From assembly GCA_036376135.1 (NCBI GenBank), contig DASVAW010000179.1, positions 19,566-83,565 of the forward strand: a stretch of DNA of 64,000 nt, written 5' to 3'. The stretch comes from Candidatus Polarisedimenticolaceae bacterium. Its GTDB lineage: Bacteria; Acidobacteriota; Polarisedimenticolia; Polarisedimenticolales; DASRJG01. The notes beneath the pieces were generated by a model, which saw nothing but the letters and a program-made list of their open reading frames with translations, did not search any database and was not told the DNA's origin. Below, in pieces: positions 1 to 9,261 of the stretch (its first letter is position 1; each line of letters begins with the position of its first letter). Position numbers and translations under genes: made by a program.

Positions 1-683
1 AGCGCGTCGTGCAGCCGGCGCGAGCGAGGATCGCGCCGCTCACGATCGCGATCCCCGACGGGCTCGTCGGGTACGTCCCCGGCTCGGGGGACTCCGTGGC
101 GGACGACCTGGCGCACCTGGGGGTGCGGGTCGAGACCCTCGACGAGCCCGCGCTCGCTTCGGCCGACCTCTCGCGATTCCGCGCCGTCGTCGTCGGGATC
201 CGCGCGTACAACACGAGCGCCGCGGTGCGGGCCGCGCACGATCGCCTGATGAAGTACGTCGAGGACGGCGGAACGGTCGTCGTCCAGTACAACACGCAAA
301 GCCGCGTCGGTCCCCTCGAGGGACGCGTGGGGCCTTATCCGCTCGAGATCGGCCGCGGACGCGTCACCGACGAGCGCGGGACGGTCACGCCGCTCCTGCC
401 CGATCACGAGCTTCTCTCGAAGCCGAACCGGATCGGCCCGGCGGACTTCGAGGGCTGGGTGCAGGAGCGCGGGCTCTACTACGCGCAGACCTGGGACCCG
501 CGGTACGTTCCGATCCTCTCCGCCGCCGACCCCGGGGAAGAGCCTCTCCCCGGAGGCCTGCTGTTCGCCGCCCACGGGAAGGGACGTTACGTCTACACCG
601 GGCTCGCGTTCTTCCGGCAGCTTCCCGCCGGCGTCCCCGGCGCGTACCGCCTCTTCGTCAACCTCCTGGGGCCGGGGCGATGA
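1..683 (+). CDS. 3' part of a long LmbE/PIG-L-family-type protein (ThuA/GATase1-like C-terminal domain); 5' end lies outside the window
   Basis: Frame is open to the window edge; stop TGA 681-683. The tail VVVGIRAYNTSAAVRAAHDRLMKYVEDGGTVVVQYNT..FEGWVQERGLYYAQTWDPRY..FRQLPAGVPGAYRLFVNLL resembles, from memory, the conserved C-terminal domain of long LmbE-family proteins. No search run. Confidence 0.55.
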   Translation, partial: RVVQPARARIAPLTIAIPDGLVGYVPGSGDSVADDLAHLGVRVETLDEPALASADLSRFRAVVVGIRAYNTSAAVRAAHDRLMKYVEDGGTVVVQYNTQSRVGPLEGRVGPYPLEIGRGRVTDERGTVTPLLPDHELLSKPNRIGPADFEGWVQERGLYYAQTWDPRYVPILSAADPGEEPLPGGLLFAAHGKGRYVYTGLAFFRQLPAGVPGAYRLFVNLLGPGR

Positions 684-805
684 AGGCGGAGCCCGAGTCG
701 CCGCCGCCGTTCCTGTCGCGCTGGCGGAACGTCTACGTCCTCGTCCTCGCGGAGCTGGGCGCGCTCGTGGCGGTCTTCTGGGCGCTGACGCGGTGGGCCT
801 CGTGA
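680..805 (+). CDS. 41-aa single-pass membrane peptide, candidate small subunit of the downstream symporter
   Basis: ATG 680 overlaps the upstream stop (ATGA). MKAEPESPPPFLSRWRNVYVLVLAELGALVAVFWALTRWAS has one hydrophobic helix. Its TGA (803-805) overlaps an in-frame GTG (802) of the symporter (GTGA). Below the ORF-track size cutoff. Confidence 0.4.
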   Translation: MKAEPESPPPFLSRWRNVYVLVLAELGALVAVFWALTRWAS

Positions 806-2472
806 GCGCGCTCGACTGGGCGGTCCTCGTCGCCACCATCGGGTTCATCGTGGTGTACGGCGCGTGGAAGACGCGCGGCGCGGCCGACATGGACGCGTAC
901 TTCCGGGGCGATTACTCGCTGAGGTGGCCGACGATCGGTCTTTCGATCATGGCCACGCAGGCGAGCGCCATCACGTTCCTCTCGACCCCCGGACAGGCCT
1001 ACGAGGACGGGATGCGCTTCGTGCAGTTCTACTTCGGCCTGCCGCTCGCGATGATCGTGATCAGCACGGTCTTCCTGCCGATGTACTACCGCCTCAAGGT
1101 CTACACCGCCTACGAGGTCCTCGAGCACCGGTTCGACGCCCGCGTCCGGTATCTCGGCGCCGTCCTCTTCCTGATCCAGCGGGGCCTCGCGGCGGGGATC
1201 ACGATCTACGCCCCTTCGATCATCCTCAGCACGATCCTCGGCTGGCCGCTGCAGCTCACCAACCTCGCGCTCGGCGGCCTCGTCGTCGTCTACACGGTCG
1301 TGGGAGGGACGAAGGCGGTCAGCGAAACGCAGAAGCAGCAGATGATCGTCATGCTCGGGGGACTCGCCCTCGCGGCGGTCCTCATCGTGTGGCGGCTGCC
1401 CGAGTCGGTCTCGCTCCCCGACGCCTTCCGGCTCGCCGGCGCCCTCGACCGGATGAACGTGGTCAGCTTCGACTTCGACCCGAACAGCCGCTACACCTTC
1501 TGGTCCGGGATCACCGGCGGCTTCTTCCTCGCCCTCGCCTACTTCGGGACCGACCAGTCGCAGGTGCAGCGTTACCTTTCGGGGCGATCGATGACCGAGA
1601 GCCGGCTCGGCCTGATCTTCAACGGGATGTTCAAGATCCCGATGCAGTTCACGATCCTGTTCGTCGGCGTGATGGTCTTCGTCTTCTACCTCTTCGTGAA
1701 GCCGCCGATCTTCTTCAACACCCCCGCCCTCGAGCGCGCCGCCTCGAGCGCGCACGCCCCCGAGCTCGCCGCGCTCGAGTCCCGCTACGACGTCGCCTTC
1801 GACGCGCGCAAGGAGGCCGCGACCGCGTTCGCGGACGGGGGAGGGGAGGCCGCCCGGGTCGCGCTGCGGGAGGCGGACGCGAGGATCGACGCCCTGCGCG
1901 TCGAGGCCAGAGACCTCGTGAAGAAGGCCGTCCCGAACGCCGAGATGCAGGACGCCGACTACGTCTTCCTGAGCTTCGTGCTCGGCTACGTCCCGAAGGG
2001 GCTGGTGGGCCTGCTCATCGCGGTGATCCTCTGCGCCGCGATGAGCTCGACCTCGAGCGAGCTCGCCGCCCTCGGCTCGACGACGACGGTCGACCTGTAC
2101 AAGCGTCTCGGGAGGAAGATCTCCAGCCCCGGGGACGACCTGCGCGCGTCGAAGATCTTCACCCTCCTCTGGGGGGCGATCGCCGTTTCCTTCGCGAGCT
2201 TCGCCGCCCTCCTCGACAACCTCATCGAGGCGGTGAACATCCTCGGGTCGTTGTTCTACGGGACGATCCTCGGCCTGTTCGTCGTCGCCTTCTTCTTCAA
2301 GTTCGTGTCCGCGACCCCGGTGCTCGTCGGGGCGCTCGCGGCGCTGGCGACGGTCCTCACCCTGTTCTTCACGTCGGACATCGGCTTTCTCTGGTTCAAC
2401 GCGATCGGGTGCGGGATCGTCGTGGCCGTCTCGGTCGTTCTCGAGTGGGCGAAACGTGCGCGGGCCGCGTGA
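793..2472 (+). CDS. Sodium:solute symporter family (SSF) transporter
   Basis: 559-aa polytopic membrane protein. The N-terminus LDWAVLVATIGFIVVYGAWKTRG and GGTKAVSETQKQQM are SSF-like. GTG start at 793, or at 802 if coupled to the small ORF. Confidence 0.85.
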   Translation: MGLVSALDWAVLVATIGFIVVYGAWKTRGAADMDAYFRGDYSLRWPTIGLSIMATQASAITFLSTPGQAYEDGMRFVQFYFGLPLAMIVISTVFLPMYYRLKVYTAYEVLEHRFDARVRYLGAVLFLIQRGLAAGITIYAPSIILSTILGWPLQLTNLALGGLVVVYTVVGGTKAVSETQKQQMIVMLGGLALAAVLIVWRLPESVSLPDAFRLAGALDRMNVVSFDFDPNSRYTFWSGITGGFFLALAYFGTDQSQVQRYLSGRSMTESRLGLIFNGMFKIPMQFTILFVGVMVFVFYLFVKPPIFFNTPALERAASSAHAPELAALESRYDVAFDARKEAATAFADGGGEAARVALREADARIDALRVEARDLVKKAVPNAEMQDADYVFLSFVLGYVPKGLVGLLIAVILCAAMSSTSSELAALGSTTTVDLYKRLGRKISSPGDDLRASKIFTLLWGAIAVSFASFAALLDNLIEAVNILGSLFYGTILGLFVVAFFFKFVSATPVLVGALAALATVLTLFFTSDIGFLWFNAIGCGIVVAVSVVLEWAKRARAA

Positions 2473-2539
2473 CGGGTTCTCGGGGAGCGCGGCGCAGGGT
2501 ACGATCGCCGGGCGTTCGCAACCGTGCTCGGAGGGCCCC

Positions 2540-3655
2540 ATGCACGAGATCTCCGTCGACGAGCTCAAGCGCCGGCTCGAATCGGGCGCGGCCGTCACCG
2601 TGGTGGACGTCCGGGAACGCCCCGAGCACGAAGCCTGGAGCATCCACGGAAGCGTCAACCTCCCCGCCTACGACTCCCTGAGAGCCGGGCGGGACGAACC
2701 GCTGCGATCCCAGGCGGCGAGCCTCCCGGCGGGCCGTCCGGTGGTGGCCGTCTGCAAGGCGGGGGTGATCTCCCGCCGGGCCGCGGCCACGCTCGCACAG
2801 CTCGGATTCGAGGCCGCGAGCCTCTCGGGCGGGATGCGGGCGTGGGGCGGGGTCTGGACCGAGGCGTCGATGCCCCTCGAGACCGCCGGGGCCGTCGGCG
2901 TCCAGGTGCGGCGGAACGGGAAGGGATGCCTGTCGTACCTCCTCGCCTCGCAGGGCGAGGCGGTCGTCGTCGATCCGTCGGTGGACGTCGCCGCCTACCT
3001 CGCGATCGCGGCGCGGCTTGGCGCGACGATCCGCGCGGTCGTCGAGACCCACGTGCACGCCGACCACCTCTCGCGGGCGCGCGCGCTCGCCGAGGCCACC
3101 GGCGCCGCGTTGCACCTTCCGGCGAACGACCGGGCGCGCTTCGCGTTCACCCCGGTCCGCGACGGCGACGCGATCGCCGTCGGCGCCCTGCGGCTTACGG
3201 CCGTCGCCACCCCCGGACACACGCTCGAGAGCACCTGTTACCGCGTGGACGATTCGAACCTCCTGACCGGCGACACGGTCTTCGTCGGGGGATTCGGTCG
3301 GCCCGACCTCGAGCGCGGGGACGCGGGGGCGGGGGAGGCGGCGAGGCTGCTCCACCGCAGCCTGACGCGTCGCCTGCGCGCCCTCCCCCCCGCGATGCGC
3401 GCCTGGCCCGCCCACCACGCCCACCCGGTGGCGCTCGACGGCGTCCCCGTGCACACGAGGCTCGGCGAGGCGCTCGACGGGATCGAGGCGCTCGCGATGG
3501 ACGAGGAGTCGTTCGCACGCTCGGTGGCGGAGGCGCTTCCGCCCAAGCCGCCGAACTTCCAGGTCGTGCTCGCGGTGAACGAGGGGCGAGCGCCCCTCGG
3601 CGAGCTGGACCCCCTCGATCTCGAAGCGGGCCCGAACCGCTGCGCGGCCCGTTAG
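2540..3655 (+). CDS. Rhodanese domain fused to a metallo-beta-lactamase-fold (persulfide dioxygenase-like) hydrolase
   Basis: ATG 2540 (MHEISVDELKRRL). Rhodanese active-site loop VAVCKAGVISRR, then MBL motif ETHVHADH and TPGHT. The upstream 28 codons of the track ORF lack support. Confidence 0.85.
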   Translation: MHEISVDELKRRLESGAAVTVVDVRERPEHEAWSIHGSVNLPAYDSLRAGRDEPLRSQAASLPAGRPVVAVCKAGVISRRAAATLAQLGFEAASLSGGMRAWGGVWTEASMPLETAGAVGVQVRRNGKGCLSYLLASQGEAVVVDPSVDVAAYLAIAARLGATIRAVVETHVHADHLSRARALAEATGAALHLPANDRARFAFTPVRDGDAIAVGALRLTAVATPGHTLESTCYRVDDSNLLTGDTVFVGGFGRPDLERGDAGAGEAARLLHRSLTRRLRALPPAMRAWPAHHAHPVALDGVPVHTRLGEALDGIEALAMDEESFARSVAEALPPKPPNFQVVLAVNEGRAPLGELDPLDLEAGPNRCAAR

Positions 3656-3892
3656 AGGCCCCCGCAGCGAAGGCGCCTCGCGGGGGGGCGCGACCCCGGT
3701 CAACTGGCGGATCGGCGACGACGTGATCATTCCTCCCGCGGTTTCGAACGACGAGGCGTTGCGCCGGTTCCCGCAGGGATGGCGGACCCTCGAGCCCTAC
3801 CTGCGGGTGGTGAAGCTCGCCGATTGAGGGGCATGGCGCACGCGGCGGGGAGTGCGCGTATTCCTGTCCGAAAGACACGAAAGGAGCCCCCC

Positions 3893-4906
3893 ATGCCCCG
3901 CATCGCTTCGCTGTTCGGCGCCGCCGCGCTCGCCGTGAGCGCCGCTTCGGCCGCGCCCCTCTACCACGTCCAGGTCCTTCCCCCCGTCGAAGGCTTCGAG
4001 TCGGTCTTCCCCACGGCGATGGAGCCCGGGATCGTCGTCGGCACCGCCGGCGGCGATCGATTCGACCCCCTCGGCGTCCCCGTGATCTGGGACGGCACCA
4101 ACTGGCTCGCCCTCGAGAAGCCGGGGTCCTCGAGCTTCGCCCTCGGCCTCGCCGGAGCCGACCTCATCGTCGGGACTTCCGCCAACGAGCCGGTCGTCTG
4201 GCGGAACGGCCGCCGCGCTCCCCTCGCCGCGATCGACGGGATGCCGGGGGGATTCGCCCACGATGCGAACCGCTCCGGAGTGATCGTCGGCTCGGTCGTC
4301 AACGACCTCTTCGGCATCGAGGTCCCCGCGGCCTGGAACGCGGCGGACGGCGCTGGGGAGCTGCTGCGCATTCCGAGAAACGCGTCGGTCGGAACGGCCC
4401 TCGCGATCAACGCCGGCGGCGAGATCGCGGGGAGCGTCGACGGGACGCCGGTCGTGTGGCCTTCGTCCAAGCGCCCGCCCAGGCGCCTCCCCGTGGTCTC
4501 CGGCGCGATCGGCGGAGAGCTGCTCGACGTCAACGATCTCGGCGACGCCGTCGGTCGCGCGACGTTCCCCGACGGCTCCTCGCAGGCGATGGCCGTCTTC
4601 GCCGGCGACCGTGCCGCGACGGGCCTCGGGGTCCTCGGAGGGACGTACAGCGCCGCGGGGGCGGTGAACGGCCGCCGGCAGATCGTCGGCGCCTCGTCTT
4701 CGCCCCTGGGCGCCCGCGCCTTCTTCTGGGAGGCGGGGACGATGACCGACCTGAACGACCTCGTCGCCTCGACCAGCGAGCCGATCCTCGCGATCGTCGA
4801 CGCCGTCGCCATCGACGATGCGGGGGAGATCGCGGCCCAGGTCGTCGTGGCCACCCCCTTCGGCCCCGCGACCCGCGTGGCCGTCCTGACGCCGGTTTTC
4901 CCCTAG
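3893..4906 (+). CDS. Secreted HAF-family extracellular repeat protein
   Basis: SD AAAGGAG 7 nt before ATG 3893. Signal peptide MPRIASLFGAAALAVSAASA. Repeats of the type G.ALAINAGGEIAGS and ARAFFWEAGTMTDLNDL match the HAF repeat pattern. Confidence 0.75.
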   Translation: MPRIASLFGAAALAVSAASAAPLYHVQVLPPVEGFESVFPTAMEPGIVVGTAGGDRFDPLGVPVIWDGTNWLALEKPGSSSFALGLAGADLIVGTSANEPVVWRNGRRAPLAAIDGMPGGFAHDANRSGVIVGSVVNDLFGIEVPAAWNAADGAGELLRIPRNASVGTALAINAGGEIAGSVDGTPVVWPSSKRPPRRLPVVSGAIGGELLDVNDLGDAVGRATFPDGSSQAMAVFAGDRAATGLGVLGGTYSAAGAVNGRRQIVGASSSPLGARAFFWEAGTMTDLNDLVASTSEPILAIVDAVAIDDAGEIAAQVVVATPFGPATRVAVLTPVFP

Positions 4907-4955
4907 TCCTTGACGGCTCGCCGCCTCCGCCCAGATTCGTACGGCGGAGGCGGCG

Positions 4956-5492
4956 ATGCTCGTTTTCGTTTTCGTACTCGCGGCGGCGGCGACGATCCCC
5001 CAGGGCGAGGAGCCCGAGCCGGTCGTCGCCTGCACCCTCGAGTCGGGCGAGATCGTCTTCCAGGAAGGGCCGTGCCCGGTCGTCGTGGCGAAGCCCGCGC
5101 CGCCGAAGCCCAAGCCCGAGCCTCCCCCGGCACCGAAGCCCGCTCCGCGCCGCAAACCCGACACGAAGCTGGCGGCGCTGCTCGAGGAGTGGGCGCGTCC
5201 TCCCGAGCGCCCCAAGCCGAACGGCCCTCCCGATCCGCGCTTCGCGACTCCGGAGAAAACCTGGGCGCGATTCCTCGAGGCGGTGCGCGGCGGCAAACAC
5301 GCGCTCGCGGCCGAGTGCCTGGCTCCCGGCGTCGAGCTCCCCGAAAACGGGCTCGCCGATCTCGACCGCGCGCGGCCCCACGGAGCCAAGGGCGACTTCT
5401 GGCCGCTGCGCGTGCCCTCGTCGAAGGGACGCGCGCGCTGGATCCTCCTCGAGCGGGGCTGGGACGGCGCCTGGCGCATCGCCGCGCTGTAA
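4956..5492 (+). CDS. Hypothetical secreted protein with a Pro/Lys-rich linker
   Basis: N-terminal hydrophobic segment MLVFVFVLAAAATIP, then KPAPPKPKPEPPPAPKPAPRRKP. No family recognised. The stop TAA is the first 3 nt of the REPIN palindrome. Confidence 0.55.
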   Translation: MLVFVFVLAAAATIPQGEEPEPVVACTLESGEIVFQEGPCPVVVAKPAPPKPKPEPPPAPKPAPRRKPDTKLAALLEEWARPPERPKPNGPPDPRFATPEKTWARFLEAVRGGKHALAAECLAPGVELPENGLADLDRARPHGAKGDFWPLRVPSSKGRARWILLERGWDGAWRIAAL

Positions 5493-5619
5493 ATGGGGAC
5501 AGCAACCTATTTCGGTAAATAGGGACAGTCCCTCATTCCCCGAACCCGCGACGCTGGCTTCGGGTTCGGGGAATGAGGGACTGTTTCTATTTACCGAAAT
5601 AGGTTGCTGTCCCCATTTA
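5490..5619. repeat. REPIN-like palindrome: two inverted 59-nt arms, each containing a REP hairpin unit
   Basis: Arms 5490-5548 and 5561-5619 are reverse complements apart from 2 mismatches (AGGGAC vs AGAAAC); the loop is 12 nt. The outer 24 nt (TAAATGGGGACAGCAACCTATTTC) match the 25-bp repeats flanking the RAYT gene at 62488/63367 with 1 mismatch. Confidence 0.85.
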
Positions 5620-6612
5620 CACCTCCATTTCGAACTCCCGCACCCACGGCTCGACGGCGACCTCGGGATCGGCCGGAACGACCCGCAGCAGCCTCCCGAT
5701 CTGCGAGCCGAGCACGTCGATCTGCGTGGAAGCGGAGCGTAGGCCCGACTCCTTCTCGGCCGCCGACTGAGCCCGCAACATCGCCGCGTCCTGCGCGACG
5801 ATCCGGGAGACGACCGGAAGGGTCACCGCCTTCACGAGCAGCGACGGCAGCGGCGTCTTCAACAACACGACCGCGTGCACGCGCGTGAGGTGCTCCTCGA
5901 CGGGCGTGCAACACGCGGTCACGAGGAAATGCGCGTCGTCGCCGAGCCGGTACTCGACCTGCGCGATCGAAGGGAGCTTGAACCGGTCGACGTGGGTCAC
6001 GACACCGCCGCGCGGCGCGAGCAACATCCCGGCCAATCCCTCCGGTCGAGGCTCCCCGAGATACTCCGCCTGCACCCCGTCGGTCTCGCGGGTCACGCAG
6101 ACGCGGATCCTCTTCGGCTCGGCGCGGCCGCGGAACAACCCGCGATGGAGATACGCGGTGTGCGGCACGTCGAGGATGTTCTCGAGGGTCGCGTGCAGCC
6201 CCGCCTCGAAGGCGAGGGTCCGCCGGATCGTCGCGTACCCCTTCCCCGGAAACGACGGCACGCGGAACGGCCGTCCGACCGGATCGATCCCGACCCAGAC
6301 GAATCCGTCCTGCTCGAGTGCGGGGTAACGCTCGACCGCGTGAGCCTTCGGGATCTCGCCCAGCAACCCGGGGACCTTCACGCACCGCCCCGTGTCGTCG
6401 TAACACCAGCCGTGGTAGCCGCACTCGAGCTTCCCGCGTTCGACGCGACCGAGCGAGAGAGGCACCCCGCGGTGGGCGCACCGATCGGCGAGCGCCACCG
6501 GCGCCCCGCCGGCATCCCGGAACAACACGATCGGCCTGCCGGCCACGCGCACCCCCAGCGGGCGATCGCGCAGTTCGGAGCCGTCGGTGAGGACGTACCA
6601 GCCGGGGATCAT
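5617..6612 (-). CDS. Rieske [2Fe-2S] domain oxygenase (PaO/ring-hydroxylating alpha-subunit-like)
   Basis: Start MIPGWYVL (ATG ending at 6612). Rieske motif CAHRGVPL..(17 aa)..CGYHGW. The longer 468-aa track ORF extension overlaps the divergent dipeptidase gene and lacks support. Confidence 0.85.
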   Translation of the reverse strand: MIPGWYVLTDGSELRDRPLGVRVAGRPIVLFRDAGGAPVALADRCAHRGVPLSLGRVERGKLECGYHGWCYDDTGRCVKVPGLLGEIPKAHAVERYPALEQDGFVWVGIDPVGRPFRVPSFPGKGYATIRRTLAFEAGLHATLENILDVPHTAYLHRGLFRGRAEPKRIRVCVTRETDGVQAEYLGEPRPEGLAGMLLAPRGGVVTHVDRFKLPSIAQVEYRLGDDAHFLVTACCTPVEEHLTRVHAVVLLKTPLPSLLVKAVTLPVVSRIVAQDAAMLRAQSAAEKESGLRSASTQIDVLGSQIGRLLRVVPADPEVAVEPWVREFEMEV

Positions 6613-6640
6613 CGCGCGGATGTTACGCTCGAACCCGCCC

Positions 6641-7624
6641 ATGGACCTCCACCACGACGCGATCGTGATCGACCTCCACGCCGACACGGTCCTTCCCATG
6701 CGCACGATCGGGTACCGCTTCGAGAAGCGGCACCGCTGGCCCCTCGTCCAGCGGATCGGCTTCGCGCACGTCGACCACCCGCGCCTCGTCGAGGGGGGGG
6801 TGACCGCGCAGTTCTTCGGGATGGGGACGGTCCCGTTCCCCGAGAGAGGATGCGCGGCGTCCTGTCTGAGGCAGCACGAGCGCCTGCGCCGGGCGGCGGA
6901 GCGAACCGGAATGATCTGGGCGCGCACGGCTGAGGACGTCCGCCGGGCCAAGCGCGAGGGGAAGATCGCGGCGTTCACCGGGATCGAAGGGGGGCACAAC
7001 CTCGAGGGGGATCCCGCCAACATCGAGCGCTTCCACCAAGCCGGGGTGCGTTACCTCGGCCTCGCGCACCTGACCTCGAACGCGACCGCGCCGACCTCGA
7101 CGTGGATGGTGGGGGACGACGCGCGACCGCTCTCCGACCTCGGTCGCGAGGTCGTCTCCCGAATGCAGCGGCTCGGGATGATCGTGGACCTCGCGCACGT
7201 CGGGAAACGCGCCTTCCACGACGTCGTGAAGCTGGCCTCGCGTCCCGTGATCGTCAGCCACACCGGGATCGCGGGGGCGTACCCGCTCTGGCGGAACGTG
7301 GATGACGACCAACTCCGTGCGATCGCGTCAACCGACGGAGTCGTCGGGATCATCTTCGCTTGGCGTTATCTCGGGCGGCGGCGCGGCGGGGTCGAGATGC
7401 TCGCACCGCACCTCGAGCATGTGAGAAAGACCGTCGGGGCGCGCCATCTCGCCCTCGGGAGCGACTTCGACGGGAGCGTCGCGCCGGTGCGCGGGCTCGA
7501 CGGGATCGACCGAATCCCGCTCGTCACGCGGCTGCTCCAGTCGATGGGTTGGGGCGAGGAGGAGATCCGCGGTTTGCTCGGGGGGAATATGCTGAGAGTT
7601 CTCGAAGGGAACCCACCACCGTGA
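6641..7624 (+). CDS. Membrane dipeptidase, peptidase family M19
   Basis: MDLHHDAIVIDLHADT, GIEGGHNLEG, VRYLGLAHLTSNA, DLAHVGKRAF, PVIVSHTG and GSDFDG are M19 signature blocks. Start uncertain: ATG 6641 is only 28 bp from the divergent Rieske start; alternatives are 6620 and 6587. Confidence 0.8.
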   Translation: MDLHHDAIVIDLHADTVLPMRTIGYRFEKRHRWPLVQRIGFAHVDHPRLVEGGVTAQFFGMGTVPFPERGCAASCLRQHERLRRAAERTGMIWARTAEDVRRAKREGKIAAFTGIEGGHNLEGDPANIERFHQAGVRYLGLAHLTSNATAPTSTWMVGDDARPLSDLGREVVSRMQRLGMIVDLAHVGKRAFHDVVKLASRPVIVSHTGIAGAYPLWRNVDDDQLRAIASTDGVVGIIFAWRYLGRRRGGVEMLAPHLEHVRKTVGARHLALGSDFDGSVAPVRGLDGIDRIPLVTRLLQSMGWGEEEIRGLLGGNMLRVLEGNPPP

Positions 7625-9261
7625 AACAGGAACCGGTCTTCGCCGACCTCGGCCTTTCGCCCCTCGTCCTCAAGGCCGTCGAGGACGTCGGCTACGAAGC
7701 CCCCTCGCCGATCCAGGCCGAGGCGATCCCGCCGCTGCTCGCGGGGAAGGACCTCTTCGGCCAGGCCCAGACCGGAACCGGCAAGACCGCCGCCTTCGCG
7801 CTGCCGCTGCTCTCCCGGCTCGACCTCGCCGTCAAGAACCCGCAGATCCTCGTCCTCACCCCGACCCGCGAGCTCGCGATCCAGGTCGCGGAGGCGATGC
7901 AGACCTACGCCCGCCACCTCAAGGGGTTCCACGTCCTTCCCGTCTACGGCGGGCAGGGGATGGACACGCAGCTTCGACAGCTCGACCGCGGGGTGCACGC
8001 GGTCGTCGGGACGCCGGGGCGGATCCTCGATCACCTGCGACGCGGAACGCTGAAGCTCGGCGAGCTGAAGTCCTGCGTCCTCGACGAAGCCGACGAGATG
8101 CTGCGGATGGGGTTCATCGACGACGTCCGCACGATCCTCTCGCACACCCCCGAGACCCGGCAGATCGCCCTCTTCTCCGCGACGATGCCGCCGGTGATCC
8201 GCAAGGTCGCGAGCGAATACCTGCGCGACCCGGTCACCGTGAAGATCCAGTCGAAGACCGCGACGGTCGCGACCGTGACCCAGCGGTACTGGGAGGTCGC
8301 CGGGGTCCACAAGCTCACGGCGCTCACGAGGATCCTCGAGGTCGAGGACTTCGACGCGATGCTGATCTTCGTGCGGACCAAGAACGCGACCGTCGAGCTC
8401 TCCGAGAAGCTCGAGGCGCGCGGGTTCGCGTGCGCTCCGCTCAACGGCGACCTCACCCAGTCGGCGCGCGAGCGGACGGTCGAGCGCCTCAAGAAGGGGG
8501 CGCTCGACATCGTGGTCGCCACCGACGTCGCGGCGCGCGGCCTCCACGTCGAGCGGATCAGCCACGTCGTCAACTACGACGTCCCCTATGACACCGAGGC
8601 GTACGTCCACCGCATCGGGCGCACCGCGAGGGCGGGAAAGCAGGGGCAGGCGATCCTCTTCATCGCGCCGCGCGAGCGGCGGATGCTGCGGGCGATCGAA
8701 CAGGCGACCCGCCAGCCGATCCAGCCGATGCGCCTTCCCAGCCGCGAGGACATCGCCGGAAAACGCATCGCCGACTTCAAGCAGGCCCTCTCCGCCGCGA
8801 TCGACACCCAGGAGCTCGAGCCGTTCGCGTCGATCGTGGAGAGCTATCGCGAGGAACACGACGCCGACCTCCTCGAGGTCGCGGCGGGCCTTCTCTACCT
8901 CGCGCAGAAGGAGAAGCCGTTCCGCCCGGAGGGACCGGCGGTCCACGAAGAGCCTCCGCCCCCGCCTCCTCCTCCGCCCTCCGCCGAAGCCCCGCCGCGC
9001 GCGCCGCGCAAGTCCAAGTTCCGGATGCAGCGCTTCAGGGTCGAGGTCGGCCGCGAGCACGGCGTCGAGCCGCGCCAGATCGTCGGCGCGATCGCCAACG
9101 AGATCGGGATGGAGGGCCAGAACATCGGCGCCGTCCGGATCTTCGACACCTACTCGACCGTCGAGCTCCCCGAGGGGATGCCCCCCGCCGTCTTCCAGCA
9201 CCTCCAGAAGGTGCGGGTGCGCGGCCGCCGGCTCAACCTGCGCCTCGTCGGCGGGCGATGA
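7621..9261 (+). CDS. deaD: DEAD-box ATP-dependent RNA helicase, DeaD/CsdA-like with a C-terminal DbpA-type RNA-binding domain
   Basis: GTG 7621 overlaps the dipeptidase stop (GTGA). Motifs: Q-motif PSPIQ, AQTGTGKT, DEAD (LDEADEML), SAT, HRIGRTARAG. Poly-Pro linker, then RFRVEVGREHGVEPRQIVGAIANE. Confidence 0.9.
   Translation: MKQEPVFADLGLSPLVLKAVEDVGYEAPSPIQAEAIPPLLAGKDLFGQAQTGTGKTAAFALPLLSRLDLAVKNPQILVLTPTRELAIQVAEAMQTYARHLKGFHVLPVYGGQGMDTQLRQLDRGVHAVVGTPGRILDHLRRGTLKLGELKSCVLDEADEMLRMGFIDDVRTILSHTPETRQIALFSATMPPVIRKVASEYLRDPVTVKIQSKTATVATVTQRYWEVAGVHKLTALTRILEVEDFDAMLIFVRTKNATVELSEKLEARGFACAPLNGDLTQSARERTVERLKKGALDIVVATDVAARGLHVERISHVVNYDVPYDTEAYVHRIGRTARAGKQGQAILFIAPRERRMLRAIEQATRQPIQPMRLPSREDIAGKRIADFKQALSAAIDTQELEPFASIVESYREEHDADLLEVAAGLLYLAQKEKPFRPEGPAVHEEPPPPPPPPPSAEAPPRAPRKSKFRMQRFRVEVGREHGVEPRQIVGAIANEIGMEGQNIGAVRIFDTYSTVELPEGMPPAVFQHLQKVRVRGRRLNLRLVGGR

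Noticed and set aside
3723-3827. Possible 34-aa ORF or gene relic (VIIPPAVSNDEALRRFPQGWRTLEPYLRVVKLAD) in the 237-bp spacer upstream of the HAF gene
   Set aside because: It has coding-like third-position GC, but there is no ATG and no SD before the GTG. The frame is open far upstream only because of GC content, and no family was recognised.
8941-8990. CCG/CCT-rich simple-sequence run
   Set aside because: It encodes the poly-Pro linker of DeaD (EEPPPPPPPPPSAEAPP) and is in frame, so it is not an independent repeat element.
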